A DNA stretch of 63,997 nucleotides, the filler included, from Acidimicrobiia bacterium (GTDB lineage Bacteria; Actinomycetota; Acidimicrobiia; Spongiisociales; CAZKJJ01): assembly GCA_046759765.1 (NCBI GenBank). It is 18 parts of 18 records of this genome, joined end to end, with 100 filler letters (N's around TTAATTAATTAA, not from the genome) between each part and the next. Parts side by side here need not be neighbours in the genome. Positions count along the whole stretch, not along the records: positions 57,754 to 61,055 come from JBHICV010000221.1; positions 61,156 to 63,997 come from JBHICV010000246.1; 16 more parts are not named here. One strand, written 5' to 3'. Within the stretch, counting starts at the first letter, position 1; the number at the start of each line of letters is the position of its first letter. The notes beneath the pieces were generated by a model that made no database searches, had not been told where the DNA came from, and saw nothing but the letters and a program-made list of their open reading frames with translations. The position numbers and the translations under genes were made by a program. This document shows positions 59,267 to 63,997 of the stretch, piece after piece.

Positions 59267-60023
59267 GCCCCTCATCGCCGGCAACTGGAAGATGCACAAG
59301 ACCCATCTGGAGGCAATCCAGATCGTCCAGAAGCTCCACTATCGACTGGACAGCAGGGACTTCGATCGAGTCGAGGTCGCTTTGGCTCCGCCTTTTACAG
59401 CCCTCCGATCAGTACAGACGATCATTGACGCCGATCACATGCTGTTTCGACTAGCGGCGCAGAACTGCGACTGGAGGGAAGAAGGCGCGGTGACCGGGGA
59501 GGTCTCCGCGCCAATGCTCGCCAAATTGTCCGTGGATTTTGTAATCGTTGGCCACTCGGAGCGGCGGCAGCTCTTTGAGGAGACCGACGACATCGTGAAC
59601 CGCAAGACCAAAGCTGTCCTAGGGGCAGGAATGAGTCCGATAGTGGCTGTGGGAGAGACGCTCTCGCAGCGGGAGGCGGAGGAGACGGAGCAGGTCTTAC
59701 GCGGGCAAATTCGCGGGTCTTTACGCGGACTCGGCGAAGGGGCTTCGGCCTCGCTGGTGGTTGCCTACGAGCCGATCTGGGCGATTGGAACGGGGCACAC
59801 GGCCACACCCGAACAGGCAGCTGAGGCGATTGAGTACATAAGGGGACTGCTGGCGGGCCTGTTCGGGGAGGAGGCCGAAGGAATCCGCATCCTCTATGGG
59901 GGGTCGGTGAACCCTGGCAACATCGCCGCCCTGATGGCGAAGAAATCCATCGACGGAGCCCTGGTCGGCGGCGCTTCCTTGGACCCCGACGAGTTCGCGT
60001 CGATCGTCCGATACTGGGCTTAG
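59256..60023 (+). CDS. tpiA: Triosephosphate isomerase
   Basis: AGNWKMH, GHSERR, AYEPIWAIGTG, YGGSV, LVGGASL. Confidence 0.97.
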   Translation: MDSKPLIAGNWKMHKTHLEAIQIVQKLHYRLDSRDFDRVEVALAPPFTALRSVQTIIDADHMLFRLAAQNCDWREEGAVTGEVSAPMLAKLSVDFVIVGHSERRQLFEETDDIVNRKTKAVLGAGMSPIVAVGETLSQREAEETEQVLRGQIRGSLRGLGEGASASLVVAYEPIWAIGTGHTATPEQAAEAIEYIRGLLAGLFGEEAEGIRILYGGSVNPGNIAALMAKKSIDGALVGGASLDPDEFASIVRYWA

Positions 60024-60122
60024 AGCCACAGTTCACGTTTGATTCAAGACCGATGATGGTCTGTCTCTTGGCGAGTCTTTCCTGAAGCTCAAGGCAGAGT
60101 CGCAGCACATCGATAACCAAGA

Positions 60123-61055
60123 GTGACTAGCCGTTGGGTGTTAGGGCTCGTGGCCCTGATTCTCGTGTCATTGCACTCTCAGTTTCTGTGGAGGACCGCC
60201 ACGGGCGAAATCGCCCAGGTGCCTGCCACCGATTTCAGGCGGGACCTCGAGGGGGCCCTTGCCATCGAGCGCGGCGAAGTGCCATATCAGCGGCTCGGAG
60301 AGATCAATCCCGAGCAGTTCGCAGAGACGAGTGCCGCCGACTGGTGGGTGGCTCATTCTCCGGCGGCGCTGGCGCATGCCCGGGTCCTATTGGCCGTGGT
60401 GGGGTATGAGGGGGCCAACACGCTCATGCGTGTTCTCAGCCTGTTCGGCGGCTTCGGTCTCGCCGGCGCTCTGGCCTATCTGCTCAGGGACCGCAAAGGT
60501 CTGGCGCTGACGGTTGGCGCGGCTGTTCTTCTGTCGAGGCCTCTCGGGCTGGACGTGCGATGGGGTCAGGCGCTGAGCCTGGTCGGGCTGGGCCTTCTGG
60601 GAGTGCTGCTACTAGTGAGGTCAGAACGGGTCGGATGGGCGAAGGTACTGCTCGGCCTCCTTGCCGCGTGGAAGGTGTGGCCAATCGTGTTCGCTCTGTT
60701 CCTCCCGAGACGCGGTTCCCGACTTCCAGACTTCGTACACGTTGCCGCGATCGCCACCTTCATCAACCTGGCGGTGCTGCCATACGTCGGCGGGGCGTCC
60801 TCCCTGTGGAGCTGGGTCGGGGTCGCGCTGCCGGGAAATCTGGCCCGCTCGCTTCCCGAAAGCATCAGTGTGGCTGGTTTGATCGGGATGCCTCCTCCTG
60901 CCGCCACGTTGCTTTTTCTGTTCGGACTAGCGGTCGGCCTGTGGGTCGGCAGTCGGTTGGAAGTCGAATGGCAGCCCGTGACGGGCGCGCTCGCCTACTT
61001 CGTATTTGCCCCTCTCGTGTGGGACTTCTACTGGATGCTCGGATTCGCCGCCTTG
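60123..61055 (+). CDS. GT87/DUF2029-like membrane glycosyltransferase, 3'-truncated
   Basis: TDF.RD, GE.PY, HSP, WGQ, AAWKVWP, PLVW..Y. Confidence 0.7.
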
Positions 61056-61155
61056 NNNNNNNNNNNNNNNNNNNNNNNNNNNNNNNNNNNNNNNNNNNNT
61101 TAATTAATTAANNNNNNNNNNNNNNNNNNNNNNNNNNNNNNNNNNNNNNNNNNNN

Positions 61156-62424
61156 CTCGACGTAGCACCGCCTCGATGTGTGCTCGCTCGATCCCCTCCA
61201 GCGAGATCCCTCACCGATCGCAGGTCCCTGAACGCCGTCCTCCGACCGATGCTGCTCCCGGAAATCGAGGGGAAGCTGCTCCTTCGTGATGTGGTCGCCC
61301 GAGACAAGTATCCCGATGCGCTCCATGGCGTTTCGAAGCTCTCGGACGTTGCCGGGCCAGCGGTATTGCAGCAACGTGTTCATCGCTTCCTCGGAGAGCT
61401 CCGGGGCGTTCGGCCCGGCCAGTTCGTTGAGGAAGTGCTGGGCCAACAGAGGTATATCCTCGGGCCGATCGCGGAGCGGGGGGATATGCAAGGTCAGTGT
61501 ATTGATCCGGTAATAGAGGTCTTCGCGGAAAGAACCGTCCGAGACCATCGACTCTATGTCACGGTTGGTCGCGGCGACGAGTCGTATATCGGCACCCACC
61601 TTCTGGGTACCGCCGACGCGGAAGAACTCCCCGGTCTCCAGCGCTCTGAGCAGTTTGGATTGGAGTCGCGGGGCGAGTTCACAAATCTCATCCATGAACA
61701 GAGTTCCGCCGTCCGCCAACTCGAAGAGTCCAAGCTTGCGTGTCATCGCCCCGGTGAAGGCGCCGCGCTCGTGACCGAAGAGTTCCGACTCCAACAAGTT
61801 CTCCTGGATCGCAGCACAGTTGATGTCGGTGAGCGGCCCTTCGACTCGCGGTGAAAGGCGGTGCACCGCCCGGGCAACGAGTTCCTTACCGGTTCCGCTT
61901 TCGCCGGTGATGAGCAGGGCGCTGTCGGCGTTGGCGACCTTGCGAACCAGCTCGAGCACCTGATCCATGCCCCGGCTCGCCGTGATGATCTCGGGGAACT
62001 CCTCGTGCTTGGACAGACGCGTCTGTAGACGCAGGTTCTCCTGCTGGAGCTGCCTCTTCTCAAAGGCACGGCGCACCAGCATCTCCAGTTCCGCGACCCG
62101 GCACGGCTTGGTCACGTAGTCATAGGCGCCCAGTTTCATCGCAGCGATCGCCGTCTCCACTGTCCCGTTACCGGTGACGATGATGACCTCCGGTGGGGCA
62201 TCGAGCTCCATCGCTTCCCGGAGGACACCGATTCCGTCGAGCTCAGGCATGACCAGATCGACCAGCGCGACGTCGAATTCCTGGCCCTTGAGGCGTTCGG
62301 TTGCCGCGGCACCGTCGTGAGCAACGACCACCTCGAACCCGCGCTTCCGGAGCTGGGTCTCCAGGATGCGGGAAAGATTGCGTTCGTCCTCAGCGAGGAG
62401 GATTCGGATCGTCTGATCAGACAA
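61156..62424 (-). CDS. Sigma-54-dependent response regulator (NtrC family), 3'-truncated
   Basis: Receiver domain, GESGTGKE, ELFGHERGAFTGA, FREDLYYR, WPGNVREL. Confidence 0.95.
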
Positions 62425-63997
62425 CGTCGTCCCCGGTATCGGTGCCGACAGCGACTTGCTCACCTTGGTTGCCAGCCGCCGAGAGCGTCGGGAGCACGAC
62501 GCGGAAGTTGCTGCCCGCCCCAATCGTGGAGTCCACCTCGATCTGGCCGCCGTGCTCGTTGACTATCCCGTAGCAGATCCAGAGGCCGAGTCCCGTCCCT
62601 TTGCCCGGCGGCTTGGAGGTGTAGAACGGCTCGAAGATCTTGGGGAGCTCGGCCGGCGGTATCCCACACCCGGTGTCGATGAACGAGACCGCCACTCGAT
62701 CATCGTCGATCGCCTCCGTACGCACCCTGAGCTCCCCATCACCGTCCATCGCATCCAGAGCGTTCAACGCTAAGACCACGAACACCTGGACCAAACGTTC
62801 TGCGTCTGCGCAAACCAGTGGCAGGTTGTAGACGTACTCCCGTTGCACCTGGAGCTTCTTGAAGCGATCGTGGTGCCGGAGGAGCCGTAGCGTTTCTTCC
62901 ACCGCCTCCTGAACGTCAACCGGGCCCTTTTCGCTGGGTGGCGGCCGACTGAATGCCAGGAGGTCGAGTGCAATCCGCTTGCAGCGATCGACCTCGGTCT
63001 CGACCATCGAGATGAGCTCCATTTCCTCCGACTGGTCCGCGAACACGTCTCGGAGTGCCTCGGCGCTGGCCGCTATGGTCGCCAGCGGGTTGTTGATCTC
63101 GTGCATGACACCGGCGGCCATCTGACCGAGGGCGGCGAGCTTCTCAGCGTGCGCTATCCTATCGCTGATGCGTTTGCGCTCCGTGATATCCTCACCGATC
63201 GTGATCACGTGGGTCACTTCATCCCCGCCGAGCAGCCGCATCGGCACTTTGCTGAGTCGGTAGTGACGCAACTCGCCCGAGGCCGTCGACTCGACCTCGT
63301 AGTGCTGGATTTCGCCGGACTCGAAGACTTTAGTTAGCTCCGCCTCCAGCTTGTCCCGCGGTTGGCGGTAGAGCACTTCGAACACGCTCCGGCCGATCGC
63401 CTCTTCGCGCGCCACACCCTGCGTCCCCGTCTCCCTTTTCCGATTCCAAGCCACGATGCGAAAGCCTCTGTCCACGACGTAGAGGCCGACTGGGAGGGCG
63501 TCCACGATGTGGCCCATCAGCTCCCGCTGCGACCTGAGCTCATCCAGCTGAGCCTTATACGCCGCAGCCCGCCGCTCCCGGAGGTGCCTCAGCTGGAGCG
63601 CGAGTCTGAGGATCTCGGCAATGGCGGCCGTCTCCGGAGCAGATTCTTCCGCCGATTCAACAGCCCAGATCGCCTGCGTGGGCCCGTCCAGCTCGAGGAA
63701 CCAGATCTGCTGCCAACAACTGTCGGGCGTGAGGGTGACCACGCCGGCCAGCTCGCTTCCCCGGCGAGTCAGGGGAGAGGACCTCGGTCCGCTCCAGCCG
63801 CCCAGGTCCCGGCCAACGGCCTCGGTATCGAGACCTTCTAAAGGGTAGGCCGCGAGTAACTGCCTCTTACCGTCTTCGATCCACCACAGCGCTGACTGCA
63901 CGCCCAGAAGGTCACCGACCTCCGACAGAGCCTCGCGTAGACGAGCTTGGCTCGGATCGGCGGCCAGGTCACTTAGCGTGCGGGGAAGATGACGAAG
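62417..63997 (-). CDS. PAS-domain sensor histidine kinase, 5'-truncated
   Basis: EKLAALGQMAAGVMHEINNPL, NALDAM, DTGCGI, GTGLGL. Confidence 0.93.
   Translation of the reverse strand, partial: LRHLPRTLSDLAADPSQARLREALSEVGDLLGVQSALWWIEDGKRQLLAAYPLEGLDTEAVGRDLGGWSGPRSSPLTRRGSELAGVVTLTPDSCWQQIWFLELDGPTQAIWAVESAEESAPETAAIAEILRLALQLRHLRERRAAAYKAQLDELRSQRELMGHIVDALPVGLYVVDRGFRIVAWNRKRETGTQGVAREEAIGRSVFEVLYRQPRDKLEAELTKVFESGEIQHYEVESTASGELRHYRLSKVPMRLLGGDEVTHVITIGEDITERKRISDRIAHAEKLAALGQMAAGVMHEINNPLATIAASAEALRDVFADQSEEMELISMVETEVDRCKRIALDLLAFSRPPPSEKGPVDVQEAVEETLRLLRHHDRFKKLQVQREYVYNLPLVCADAERLVQVFVVLALNALDAMDGDGELRVRTEAIDDDRVAVSFIDTGCGIPPAELPKIFEPFYTSKPPGKGTGLGLWICYGIVNEHGGQIEVDSTIGAGSNFRVVLPTLSAAGNQGEQVAVGTDTGDDVV

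Noticed and set aside
3644..61155. Regularly spaced TTAATTAATTAA motif, and ORFs ending in XXX-LIN
   Set aside because: Artificial contig linkers, not biology

Overview
This is not one contiguous locus. It is 18 short contigs (about 3.3-3.65 kb, in descending length order) joined by 17 artificial 100-nt linkers (N44-TTAATTAATTAA-N44), the pattern expected for the small-contig tail of a metagenome bin. Gene neighbourhood is therefore meaningful only within a contig. Most contigs look like a high-GC actinobacterium, probably Acidimicrobiia (hflX, dodecin, DUF222-HNH, DUF151-MerR, yvcK-pgk-tpiA, selA, GT-C membrane proteins). Four look foreign: rpoB (11223-14841), two alphaproteobacteria-like contigs (14942-18524, 47361-50731) and a sigma-54 two-component pair (61156-63997). 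Mobile DNA is abundant: a tRNA-Leu-integrated integrase/excisionase/MobF-relaxase element, a displaced tRNA-Glu 3' fragment with arm-type repeats next to a toxin-antitoxin pair, a complete IS481 inserted in a palindromic repeat, an IS110 3' end with a structured non-coding (bridge-RNA-like) region, and several intergenic repeat families. Best leads: (i) a TGCG-N7-TGAAAGGG motif family, resembling a MOB-F nic site, shared between the relaxase element and a separate SEC-C-protein contig; (ii) a candidate sigma-28-driven sRNA with an anti-Shine-Dalgarno loop; (iii) the IS110 non-coding ends; (iv) a STAND ATPase fused to a BMP-type ligand-binding domain; (v) a partner-switching cluster with a diheme membrane protein. 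All family assignments come from motif recognition by eye, with no database searches.
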